41,472 nucleotides of DNA. It comes from an uncultured archaeon (GTDB lineage: Archaea > Thermoplasmatota > Penumbrarchaeia > JASLWR01). Positions 1 through 8,880 of the stretch are shown here, one piece after another. The notes beneath the pieces are model-generated. The model ran no database searches. It was given only the letters and a program-made list of their open reading frames with translations, and was not told where the DNA came from. Each line of letters opens with the position of its first letter. The first letter of the stretch is position 1. The DNA lies in assembly GCA_964342815.1 (NCBI GenBank), contig CAYFHS010000035.1, positions 5,077 to 46,548 of the forward strand, written 5' to 3'. Made by a program: the position numbers and the translations under genes.

Positions 1-1
1 T

Positions 2-1440
2 AATGTCGGCGATGGAATGCACCGTATCGATGTTTCGTATTTCAATGAGACCGGTGTTGAGTTCTGGTCGTGGACCGAAGTTCTCGTTGACGTCGGGCAC
101 GTGATCTACGCAGACGTATTCGTCGGACCCAACGGGAGCGACGGAATTCCCAATGATGTCAGCATCTGGCTTTATGACAATGACTGGATGAGCGTCCCCT
201 ACGCCGATGTCTATTTGAACGGTGATTGGGTTGGATTCACCGATGCTCATGGTAAACTCGACATCAATGATCTGGACTCCGGTATGTATGTTTTGGACGT
301 GTTTTATTACGACGCCATGTACGGTGAAGAGTACCGTGGCACCACCGAATTTATGATCGACCTCGAATATTTCATCTATGTCGAAGCTTTCGTCTATTCC
401 CAGGGAGGTCAACGGCCTGATGATGTGAAGGTCCACGTTTATGACAACGCGGGTAATCCGATTGGAGGGGCCAATGTATGGCTGGAATGGATGGAATGGG
501 GTATGACCGCAGAGAACGGTTCCACCACATTCTATAATGTCGGCGATGGAATGCACCGTATCGATGTTTCGTATTTCAATGAGACCGGTTTTGAGTTCTG
601 GTCCTGGACCGAAGTTCTCGTTGACGTCGGGCACGTTATCTACGCTGACGTATTCGTCGGACCCAACGGGAGCGACGGAATTCCCAATGATGTCAGCATT
701 TGGCTTTATGACAATGACTGGATGAGCGTCCCCTACGCCGATGTCTATTTGAACGGAGATTGGGTTGGATTCACAGATGCGGAGGGTAATATTCACGTAA
801 ATGATCTGGACTCAGGCATGTATGTTTTGGACGTGTTTTATTACGACGCTATTTACGGTGAAGAGTACCGGGGTACCACCGAATTTATGATCGACCTAGA
901 ATATTTCATCTATGTGGAGGCTTTCGTCTATTCCCAGGGAGGTCAACGGCCTGATGATGTGAAGGTCCACGTTTATGACAACGCCGGCAATCCCATTGCC
1001 GGAGCTAACGTTTGGCTGGGATGGTTGGAGTGGGGTTTGACCGCAGAGAACGGTTCCACCACTTTCTATAATATCGCTGATGGATTGCACCGTATCGATG
1101 TTTCATATTTCAATGAGACGGGTTTCGAGTTCTGGTCTTGGACAGAAGTTCTTATCGATCTCGGTCACGTGATCTACGCTGACGTTTTCGTTGGTCCCAA
1201 CGGCTCAGATGGAATACCGGACGATGTCAGCATCTGGCTTTATGACAACGACTGGATGAGCGTTGCCTATGCAGATGTCTATTTGAATGGAGATTGGGTT
1301 GGATTCACAGATGGTGAGGGTAATCTGGACATCAATGACCTGGATCCCGGTTTGTATTTGTTGGATGTATTTTACTACGACGCCATGTTTGGAGAGGAGT
1401 ACCACGGGACAACTGAATTCCAGATAAACCTCGATTTCTA
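2..1440 (+). repeat. 534-bp (178-aa, two-module) intragenic tandem repeat, about 2.7 copies visible and continuing off the left edge
   Basis: (A/T)TGCACCGTATCGATGTTTC recurs at 17, 551 and 1085, an exact 534-bp period. Copies 1 and 2 are near-identical at DNA level; copy 3 diverges after ~1440. Confidence 0.95.
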
Positions 1441-4420
1441 CATATATGCAGAGGCCTTTGTGTATCCTATGGACGCCGATCTGGTAGCCAACGACGTAAT
1501 TGTATATTTGTATGATAATGCCGGCAATCCAATCGAGGGGGCCAGTGTTTTTATCAACTGGGCGTGGATGGGTTCCACCTCTGAGAATGGTTCAGTGCTA
1601 GTCAAGGACCTGGAGGATGACTGGTACAGTGTCGATATACATTACTGGAATGATACCTACGTGGACCATTGGGCCTGGACGGAGTTTATCATCGAGATGG
1701 AACATATAATCTACGCAGATGTTTTCGTATTTCCCGGGGACCCAAACGGTATACCAAATGATGTGGAAGTGTATGTCTATGATGGTAACGGCTCACCCCT
1801 GGAATCGGCAGAGGTTTATATAAATAATGAATGGGCCGGGCTGACCGATAAAAATGGTTCAATTGCTTATAAAGATCTGGAAAACGCCTCCTATATAGTT
1901 GATATTTTTTACTATGATATGTTGAATATGAAGGAATATTGGACGAAAACCGAATTTATAATAAGTGCCGGAGAAAAGTTCATTTTCACCGATGTCTATG
2001 TTTATCCGGCGGATGGGGACGGAATATTGAATGACCTGGAGATTCACGTTTACGATTTCGAGGGTAATCCCCAGGTGGGAGCGGAAATATATATCGATTC
2101 CATGTGGTACGGCATGACTGGTGAAAATGGATCACTCTGGTCCTTAAATTTCTCACAGGGTTGGCATTACGTGGATATTTTCATATATGGCGAAGTTGCG
2201 GGAAATGATAGTAATTTTTCGGTGGATTTCCAAGCCTGGGCGGAATTCTATATCGGTGACGAGGGATATCTTTGGCTGGATGCTTTTGTTCTTGATCACA
2301 ACAATGATAGTTACATGAACGATGTGAAGATCAGGGCCTATACCGGTGATAATGATGTTCTTCCATACGCGGATGTATATGTCGATGAGTATTGGGAAGG
2401 CATGACGGACCTGGATGGCGAACTTGTTGTGGAAAACATATCGAGAGGATGGCATGAGGCCTGCGTCATTTCGGATAACCGGTTCGGCTTCATCTGGTTC
2501 TATTCCGAAGGGGCTGATGAACAGTATATCTATATCGAGCATTTCGTAAAGGATATCATCCCGGAAAATATTACGGACGATGCTATCATTTACGTCTACG
2601 ACCAGGATGATAATCCCGTAGCTTTCGCAGAGGTTTACGTAGATGGTTATCTGGTGGGTTTTACTTCCACTCAGGGGTATATAACCAGCTTTGATCTGGT
2701 CGCGGGCTACCATTTCGTCGATGTGTATTTTTATAAGGCGGATTGGAATTATTCGGCCTATGCGTGGACTGAGATATGGGTCGGCGAGGATTATCATTAT
2801 GGTGATGCCTACGGAAACGACGATGACGGGGATAATTATACCGATGACGGGGAGATCTGGGTCTATGACGATGAAGGTAATCCAATAGATCCCGACGACT
2901 ACAATGCAACTGTGGACGGAGAACCGGTGGAGGGAAACGAGTCCACAAGGAACGACGTAATGAGCCTGAAATTGTCCGATCTGCCGGCAGGTCTTCACTT
3001 TGTGACCATATACTTGGGTACAGGGACCCGCTCTGATGAGCCCCTAACATTCGAGTTCATATCCGAGGGTACTGGTGAGGCGTTCATATATACCAAGGCA
3101 CTCACTGTGGACGCTGATGAAGACGGAGCGAAGGATGATTCGCGTATCTATGTATATGATGAAAACCACGAACCGGTGGCTGGTGCGGACGTATATGTGG
3201 ATGGGTTGTCGAAGGGTCAAACAAATTCTAACGGCTATATCGATATCATTGGCATAAGTTCGTCGGACTTTTCCACGGGAACCCATTCCGGTTATGCTTC
3301 GTATGATCAACTGGAGTGCGGGATAGAGGGCCCCAAAGTGGATGTAGTGGTTGAACCCCCAAAACCGGACGTCCGCATAGTGCCGTCAATGACCATCGGT
3401 AAGTTCACGATAGATGTTAAACACGCAATCAGCGGGGATCTAACATTAGGTACGGCTACCAGTCCGGGATTTCTCCCCAGCGGTCTGCAATCTATGGGGC
3501 TCTACTTCAATATCGAGAGCACCATGGTCTTGAAAAATGGAGAATGGATCTACATTGCAATAAGCTATAACGGAGGCGAACTTCCGGAAGGGGTGGATGA
3601 GGGCAGTCTCGCTCTTTATTACTGGGATGTGACCGCCAGCAATTGGTTCAAATGTGCCAATCCCGGTATTGACGTGGGAAATGACATACTTTGGGCAAAC
3701 GTTTCCCATCTCACTGTCTTCACGGTTTTCGCGAAAGAGATCGAACCAGCAGAGACTGTGGATGACGATGAATCATCATCCTCATATCTTTTATACATCG
3801 TGATAGTCGTACTGGTGGTTATTGGCATATTGTTCGTTGTCAGGAGTTTAGGGAAAGGAAAGGAGGGAGGACCGGAATCACCTCAGCCGGAATACGAACT
3901 GGAGGATGAAGAAGATTCTGACGAGGACGGATTATTCAGAGATTGGGTGGATTTCGAGGAGGGAGGTTGGGATTACGATGAGGATGCCGTGGAGGTCAAG
4001 GAAGAATCCATTGGTGCAGATGATGAGTACGGTTGCCCTGATTGCGGTGAAACCCTTGAAGCCGATGATGACGTTTGCCCGGGCTGCGGCTCCGTATTCG
4101 ATGACGACGATGAATTCTCCGAGGATGATGACATTGATGACATTGGAGACGATGCCGTGGATGACAATGATATTGATGACATTGAAAAAATATCTGAGGA
4201 GGACGGTGAAAAGGGTGAAGAAGATGAATTCCCGATTGCGGACGATGTCGGTGAAACAGAAAATGAAGACGATTGGGATGAAGATGTGGAAGATAAATTC
4301 TCGGTTGATGCAGATGATGGAGAAGAGGATGTGCAAGAGGATTGGGTTGATAGTGATTATGATGAAGATGATGAACAATCCTCGCAAGGCGGGAATAAGG
4401 AAGAAGAATTCGTTGGATAA
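2..4420 (+). CDS. Large cell-surface/S-layer-like protein, 5'-truncated by the window edge. Tandem ~89-aa PEGA/carboxypeptidase-regulatory-like beta-sandwich modules, a membrane-proximal domain ending in HLTxF, one TM helix, and a very acidic cytoplasmic tail with a double Zn-ribbon.
   Basis: Frame is open from base 2 (N-V-G-D-G-M-H, matching the preceding residues of the next repeat copy), so the true start is upstream. Repeated motif 'A(D/N)V(Y/W)xxxxWxGxTxxxG'. Many N-x-S/T sequons (NET, NGS). TM YLLYIVIVVLVVIGILFVV. Tail contains CPDCG...CPGCG amid D/E-rich sequence. Confidence 0.85.
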   Translation, partial: NVGDGMHRIDVSYFNETGVEFWSWTEVLVDVGHVIYADVFVGPNGSDGIPNDVSIWLYDNDWMSVPYADVYLNGDWVGFTDAHGKLDINDLDSGMYVLDVFYYDAMYGEEYRGTTEFMIDLEYFIYVEAFVYSQGGQRPDDVKVHVYDNAGNPIGGANVWLEWMEWGMTAENGSTTFYNVGDGMHRIDVSYFNETGFEFWSWTEVLVDVGHVIYADVFVGPNGSDGIPNDVSIWLYDNDWMSVPYADVYLNGDWVGFTDAEGNIHVNDLDSGMYVLDVFYYDAIYGEEYRGTTEFMIDLEYFIYVEAFVYSQGGQRPDDVKVHVYDNAGNPIAGANVWLGWLEWGLTAENGSTTFYNIADGLHRIDVSYFNETGFEFWSWTEVLIDLGHVIYADVFVGPNGSDGIPDDVSIWLYDNDWMSVAYADVYLNGDWVGFTDGEGNLDINDLDPGLYLLDVFYYDAMFGEEYHGTTEFQINLDFYIYAEAFVYPMDADLVANDVIVYLYDNAGNPIEGASVFINWAWMGSTSENGSVLVKDLEDDWYSVDIHYWNDTYVDHWAWTEFIIEMEHIIYADVFVFPGDPNGIPNDVEVYVYDGNGSPLESAEVYINNEWAGLTDKNGSIAYKDLENASYIVDIFYYDMLNMKEYWTKTEFIISAGEKFIFTDVYVYPADGDGILNDLEIHVYDFEGNPQVGAEIYIDSMWYGMTGENGSLWSLNFSQGWHYVDIFIYGEVAGNDSNFSVDFQAWAEFYIGDEGYLWLDAFVLDHNNDSYMNDVKIRAYTGDNDVLPYADVYVDEYWEGMTDLDGELVVENISRGWHEACVISDNRFGFIWFYSEGADEQYIYIEHFVKDIIPENITDDAIIYVYDQDDNPVAFAEVYVDGYLVGFTSTQGYITSFDLVAGYHFVDVYFYKADWNYSAYAWTEIWVGEDYHYGDAYGNDDDGDNYTDDGEIWVYDDEGNPIDPDDYNATVDGEPVEGNESTRNDVMSLKLSDLPAGLHFVTIYLGTGTRSDEPLTFEFISEGTGEAFIYTKALTVDADEDGAKDDSRIYVYDENHEPVAGADVYVDGLSKGQTNSNGYIDIIGISSSDFSTGTHSGYASYDQLECGIEGPKVDVVVEPPKPDVRIVPSMTIGKFTIDVKHAISGDLTLGTATSPGFLPSGLQSMGLYFNIESTMVLKNGEWIYIAISYNGGELPEGVDEGSLALYYWDVTASNWFKCANPGIDVGNDILWANVSHLTVFTVFAKEIEPAETVDDDESSSSYLLYIVIVVLVVIGILFVVRSLGKGKEGGPESPQPEYELEDEEDSDEDGLFRDWVDFEEGGWDYDEDAVEVKEESIGADDEYGCPDCGETLEADDDVCPGCGSVFDDDDEFSEDDDIDDIGDDAVDDNDIDDIEKISEEDGEKGEEDEFPIADDVGETENEDDWDEDVEDKFSVDADDGEEDVQEDWVDSDYDEDDEQSSQGGNKEEEFVG

Positions 4421-4430
4421 TATCATAAAT

Positions 4431-4471
4431 TCAGGCACCATCTGCTTCAGCAGGTCTGCCTGATTTTTTTT
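4431..4471 (+). terminator. Hairpin plus T-tract between convergent genes
   Basis: TCAGGCA (4431-4437) pairs with TGCCTGA (4457-4463), with an inner stem ATCTGC-TTCA-GCAGGT, followed by T8. Confidence 0.65.
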
Positions 4472-4491
4472 ATTTTTCGTAAGTCAACAGA

Positions 4492-5568
4492 TCAGATGAA
4501 TGCCTCAACGAATAGGAGAATCTGGAAAAGAACGACACCGATCCGTGTCCCGGTTCTTATATTGAGTTCGAAAGCGTGCCATATCTGCATCTCATTTCCT
4601 CCTTTTACAGCCCTCCTTACGTTGAACCAAGTAATATAGAGAATTAATAAAAACAATGTGGCCCCAACTAAATAGGTGGTCCCGAATACTTTGGGGAATC
4701 CCAGAATGCCGAGGAATGGGATTGGGTACAGCGGTATGAACATTGTATAGAAAAGCAGAACCAGATACATGGACAATTCACGACCCCGTCTTACGGGTGT
4801 GGTCCGAAAACCTGCTGCCCTGTCACCATGCATGTCACCAACGCACACCATAATCTCACGCCCGATCTCCATTGAAAATATGGCAGCGGCCAGTGGCAGT
4901 AATATCTTCAATTCTGAAAATGTACCGGATCTTAAGGCCCAGGCCCCCCATAGAGGTATCGCCCCCACTCCGAAGGCAACGATAACGTGACCCCAGATAC
5001 CGGTATATTTGCCTCTGGCATTATAGAATATCCCGCTTATCACTATAATCGAGGTCAAAATACCGCATGGGAGATTGAATCCATGGAAAATCAATTGGCC
5101 GTGGGATTGGGCGGGCAGAGGAAGGGTTGTTGAGAAGGCCAGGAGTACGGAAGCTCCCATGAGGACGATACCCGTCCATTTGGCTTTGGCTGGTGATATA
5201 AGACCCGAAGGAATAGGTTTTTGGGGTCGGTTCACCCGGTCCGATTCGAGATCGGTATAATCGTTGTGAATCATAAGTCCAGCTGCGAGAAGAGCTGCCG
5301 CAGTGAGAGCCAGGGCGAATGCCCCGGTGTCCAGATAAATACCCTGGTTCACAGTTATATCGGCCACTGTTACATTTAAAGCACCCACGCTTGCTCCGAA
5401 AACTGATATGAATACGATCAAGGGCCGGATGATCCTTACCCATGCAAAGAGCCTGCTGCGCATCAGGCTTGTAGAAGTGTCTACAGTAAAACCGCCAACT
5501 GATCGATTCATTACCGGTGAATATTCTCGTAGATATAAAAAACTACTTTTTTCTTTTTGGGCTGGCAT
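4492..5568 (-). CDS. UbiA-family prenyltransferase (DGGGP-synthase-like); true start may be a downstream Met
   Basis: First motif NDYTDLESDRVNRPQKPIPSG; second motif REIMVCVGDMHGD...GFRTTPV; multiple TM segments. Confidence 0.85.
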   Translation of the reverse strand: MPAQKEKSSFLYLREYSPVMNRSVGGFTVDTSTSLMRSRLFAWVRIIRPLIVFISVFGASVGALNVTVADITVNQGIYLDTGAFALALTAAALLAAGLMIHNDYTDLESDRVNRPQKPIPSGLISPAKAKWTGIVLMGASVLLAFSTTLPLPAQSHGQLIFHGFNLPCGILTSIIVISGIFYNARGKYTGIWGHVIVAFGVGAIPLWGAWALRSGTFSELKILLPLAAAIFSMEIGREIMVCVGDMHGDRAAGFRTTPVRRGRELSMYLVLLFYTMFIPLYPIPFLGILGFPKVFGTTYLVGATLFLLILYITWFNVRRAVKGGNEMQIWHAFELNIRTGTRIGVVLFQILLFVEAFI

Positions 5569-5668
5569 AAAGAAAAAAGCAGCTCAAAAAAGAAAAACCT
5601 GCAAGCAGGCTTCGCCTGCAAATAAGAATATGAAGTGATTTCAATGGAAATCGCAGATACTTTCTCCA

Positions 5669-7651
5669 TCAGGTCGAGGAATCCGACTCCTTATCCTTGA
5701 GCCCCTTTTTAACGTTCACCGCAGCCCCTGTATCGAAGTCCATCATCTCTTTTCTGTTAAGAAGTGCCTTTCCCCAGGCCAATAGTTCGTCTTTTTCGTC
5801 CACAACGAGAACCTGGTCACCCGGTCGTATCTCTTCGTCGCATTCGAGAACGAAACGGGAGAAGACGCTTTTTCCTTTCCTGACGAATGGAATTGCATCC
5901 TCCATTATAACCACTCTATAACCGGGGAAATCGAGATTTCGATGAAGGATCTTCGCTCCTTCCCGAGTGAGAATAATCCGCCCTGAACGGGCATTAATTG
6001 AAAAGACATGACCTTTGTTGAAGAATATGTTTCTTATTCTACCCGTTTTTCGGCTTTTTCTGAATGTTATCTCAATTCCATCTTGCATAACCAGCCGTGT
6101 ACCGATGCTGGAGCCGAACTGCATATCTAGGGTGGCCCTGACAATGGAGATGTCCGGGTCCAATATTGAGCTTTTCATTTCGGGATCGTCGAACCGTTCT
6201 GGGAGCGTTTCCATACTTTCCGGTCCCTTGTAGGTGATCCATTTCGGCGAATCATTTCCGGTGGGCCTGAGGTTCTGGGCATAGGGAAATTCCGAATCTC
6301 CCGAGTACATTGATTGGGCGAAGGGATACATTGAGTCAAGCTCCAGCGGCACCATTCCAAAGGGTGTTTCCACCGCGATTCCAACCGAAACTTTCTTTCT
6401 TATATTTTCTATTGTTTTTCTGTGACCCATGTGATACGGCTTGCTGCCATCGGGAAGCACCATCACCGTTTTTTTTCCATCTGTGTATCTTTCCGCCAAT
6501 CTTTTTCTGTACCTTGACACCTCGGGCCGGCGGAATCCGGCAGGGCTGGCAGCCATGAATCTTTTTTTGGAGACCGGCTCGAAGGTCTCGAGATAATCGC
6601 CATGTTCGTACAAACGGCATAAGGCTTCGTGCATACGGGGATGGCTTCCGGCCCTTTCTTCAACAAGTTCCCACAAAGTTCCCTTTGATATTTTTTCTTT
6701 CACACGTCTCAATTCTGCAAATGAAGCGTAAAGATTATGTTCAGCTAATTTTCGTATTCTATCTGTTCTCTCCATCTCCCTCAGCTCTTTCGGAGCGTAT
6801 CTGGTGCAGACCGGACAGGGACAGGGGGAAAACTCCATGTCATCCAATTTCCCGGTTCCATCAGGGTACATCATCCTGCCGTCCAAAGCATATTTTGCAT
6901 ACGAGGAAGAATCGAAAAAATCACATCCCATTGCGGCGGCCAGGGCGAAAACCATTGGATGTCCGGCGCCGAAAAGATGAACAGGTTTAGATATGTCGAG
7001 ACCCTTTTTAGAAGCCATCACCAGGTCAACGATATCGTCATACCTGTAATCTTCCAGCAAAGGCACCACACCACCTATTGGGAAAAAATCTCCTTTCAGC
7101 AACGACAGGTCCCGGGCACAGCGTTCGCGGAGCTCCGGATAGATAGAACCCTGCACCGTGGTGGCCAGCGCCATATCCCCCTTAATTTCGTGAGCATTCC
7201 TGGCCCTTTCCAACGTGCGGGTCATGTCTTCTTCGGCCTCTGAATATGTTCGGTCAGGTGTGGAGAATACATCCAGGATAGTACCCACGTCTACACCGAT
7301 ATCTCTCTGAAAACACACAATCTCCTCCGGGTCCAGCTCGATATCACCGTGAACATAGGATTGAAAAGTACCTGAATCGGTCATAATTGGGCCGTCAAAA
7401 TCCACCAGGGAATGAATTCCATCTGTAAGAGCCTTTTCCCTGAGTTTTTCACTTTTCCTGATTATATAGGAATTGGTAATGATCATCTCCAACTTGAAGA
7501 GCTCTTTCATCTTCTTCGGGGGGATCAAATGGATATTGGGATTGATCACGGGAAGAAGCGTTGGTGTTGTCACCCTCCCGTGGGGAGTGTCGAAGGTACA
7601 TATCCGGCCGAGTATGTCCCGTTTCTTGATCTCAAACCTGTATGCGCTCAT
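5669..7651 (-). CDS. tgtA: Archaeosine tRNA-guanine(15) transglycosylase with C-terminal PUA domain
   Basis: TPTLLPVINP, MTDSGTFQ catalytic motif, PVHLFGAGHP, FFDSSSY, Zn site CPCPVC...HN, PUA GKSVFSRFV...IRPGDQVLVV. Confidence 0.96.
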   Translation of the reverse strand: MSAYRFEIKKRDILGRICTFDTPHGRVTTPTLLPVINPNIHLIPPKKMKELFKLEMIITNSYIIRKSEKLREKALTDGIHSLVDFDGPIMTDSGTFQSYVHGDIELDPEEIVCFQRDIGVDVGTILDVFSTPDRTYSEAEEDMTRTLERARNAHEIKGDMALATTVQGSIYPELRERCARDLSLLKGDFFPIGGVVPLLEDYRYDDIVDLVMASKKGLDISKPVHLFGAGHPMVFALAAAMGCDFFDSSSYAKYALDGRMMYPDGTGKLDDMEFSPCPCPVCTRYAPKELREMERTDRIRKLAEHNLYASFAELRRVKEKISKGTLWELVEERAGSHPRMHEALCRLYEHGDYLETFEPVSKKRFMAASPAGFRRPEVSRYRKRLAERYTDGKKTVMVLPDGSKPYHMGHRKTIENIRKKVSVGIAVETPFGMVPLELDSMYPFAQSMYSGDSEFPYAQNLRPTGNDSPKWITYKGPESMETLPERFDDPEMKSSILDPDISIVRATLDMQFGSSIGTRLVMQDGIEITFRKSRKTGRIRNIFFNKGHVFSINARSGRIILTREGAKILHRNLDFPGYRVVIMEDAIPFVRKGKSVFSRFVLECDEEIRPGDQVLVVDEKDELLAWGKALLNRKEMMDFDTGAAVNVKKGLKDKESDSST

Positions 7652-8313
7652 TTCACCTCTCCCGATGGACCGATGAACAAATATTCAGGCATTTTCGGGA
7701 CGTATAACGCCGAATGGATGTAGGCGCTGAACCACAGGAAAGAAATAAAACCGAAAAGCAATCCCGTAATTAGGCGCATGGGATTAGTACTCTCGTATGA
7801 TGAAGCCATTTGTACGGACCCGTCGATCACCATGCTCAGGGCAAGGAGAACGGATGGTATGGCCAGCAGAGGTGAGAATACTACGTCGACTCCCGTTCTT
7901 TTCCTTATTCTTTCATCGCCCCTCCTTATCTTCTTCGATATTTTTCGGGGGAGAATAGATAAAATAATTTCCGAAGCCGTTTCCCTGGCCGGGAGAACGA
8001 TAGGTATTATCAATCCAAAGGAAAGCCCACCAAATATACCCACGTCCCTTGCACACATGGGCATCTGGTTCCCGTTGATCACGAAAGAGCGGTGCTCCAT
8101 CTGGTGACAGTTGAAATCTCCAAAATAATAGATTATTCTGGGATAAAACGGAAGTGTGTTCCAGAAATTGGAATGGTCCAGCATGTTAGCGTTTGCGTCC
8201 ATGTGCCTCACCGTTCCGGGCTCCATAATATAAGGAACGATAAATTGAGATACCGCAATGAAAAAGATGACGCAGAAGAGAGGAATTGTTATCTTCTTGC
8301 CTGTATTAACCAT
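7648..8313 (-). CDS. DUF2085-like membrane protein
   Basis: CHQMEHRSF...QMPMCARDVGIFGG signature, 'DGSVQ...ESTNPMRLITGLLFG', TM segments. Overlaps the tgtA start by 4 nt (ATGA). Confidence 0.8.
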   Translation of the reverse strand: MVNTGKKITIPLFCVIFFIAVSQFIVPYIMEPGTVRHMDANANMLDHSNFWNTLPFYPRIIYYFGDFNCHQMEHRSFVINGNQMPMCARDVGIFGGLSFGLIIPIVLPARETASEIILSILPRKISKKIRRGDERIRKRTGVDVVFSPLLAIPSVLLALSMVIDGSVQMASSYESTNPMRLITGLLFGFISFLWFSAYIHSALYVPKMPEYLFIGPSGEVK

Positions 8314-8425
8314 TCCTGCGTGTAACTATCTGGAACGCTATAAATGGTTCGGTGAAATAAGATATGCGGAGTGGCCTGCGAAAAGGATGCCTTGTCTCTG
8401 GGTTTTCATGGGGAGGGAAAACACT

Positions 8426-8438
8426 GTAAATTATAAAT
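8426..8438 (+). promoter_or_regulatory. Putative BRE/TATA promoter of the ATP synthase operon
   Basis: GTAAA-TTATAAAT about 75 nt upstream of the atpH ATG. Confidence 0.5.
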
Positions 8439-8512
8439 ATAGAAATACATTTTGGCATGGGACCACGCGCGGGCTCCGTGATGGAAATATTAAGGATTAT
8501 AGGTGGGATGAC

Positions 8513-8839
8513 ATGCTCGAAAACGATATCGTCAAAATAAAGAAAGCAGAGGCTACTGCGGCGTCATTGATAGTCGAGAAGGAGAGGGGAGCGGAAGCCC
8601 ACCTGGCAAAGACAAGGAAACTCCTTGAGAAACAAATGACGGATGATATCGAGAAGAACCGCCAGGTTTTTCTCGGGACGGACAGCAAGCTAAGAGCCAA
8701 TATCGATGCCAGGTCATCCAACATCATCAAAGAAGGGAAAAAAGAAGTGGTGTTACTCAGAAAAAAGGTGGAAAAGAACGTCCAGCAAACCGGCAAAGCA
8801 ATTTTCGAAACTGTACTTGAAACGCTGGAAAACGAATAA
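8513..8839 (+). CDS. atpH: A/V-type ATP synthase subunit H (peripheral stalk, G-like), 108 aa
   Basis: In-frame ATG at 8513 after an SD-like AGGTGG (the ORF track's 8258 start is too long). 'IVKIKKAEATAASLIVE' charged helical pattern. Lies directly upstream of atpI. Confidence 0.75.
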   Translation: MLENDIVKIKKAEATAASLIVEKERGAEAHLAKTRKLLEKQMTDDIEKNRQVFLGTDSKLRANIDARSSNIIKEGKKEVVLLRKKVEKNVQQTGKAIFETVLETLENE

Positions 8840-8880
8840 CCCCAACAGACCCCTCCATGATATAACGGATAAGTGGTAAT

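Noticed and set aside
5598-5622. CCTGCAAGCAGGCTTCGCCTGC hairpins resembling the ends of element 1
   Set aside because: Too short to establish homology. Adequately explained as a terminator-like hairpin between tgtA and the UbiA gene.
8258-8512. Long N-terminal extension of subunit H in the ORF track
   Set aside because: It overlaps the divergent DUF2085 gene and the promoter region. The SD-preceded ATG at 8513 gives a normal-sized subunit.
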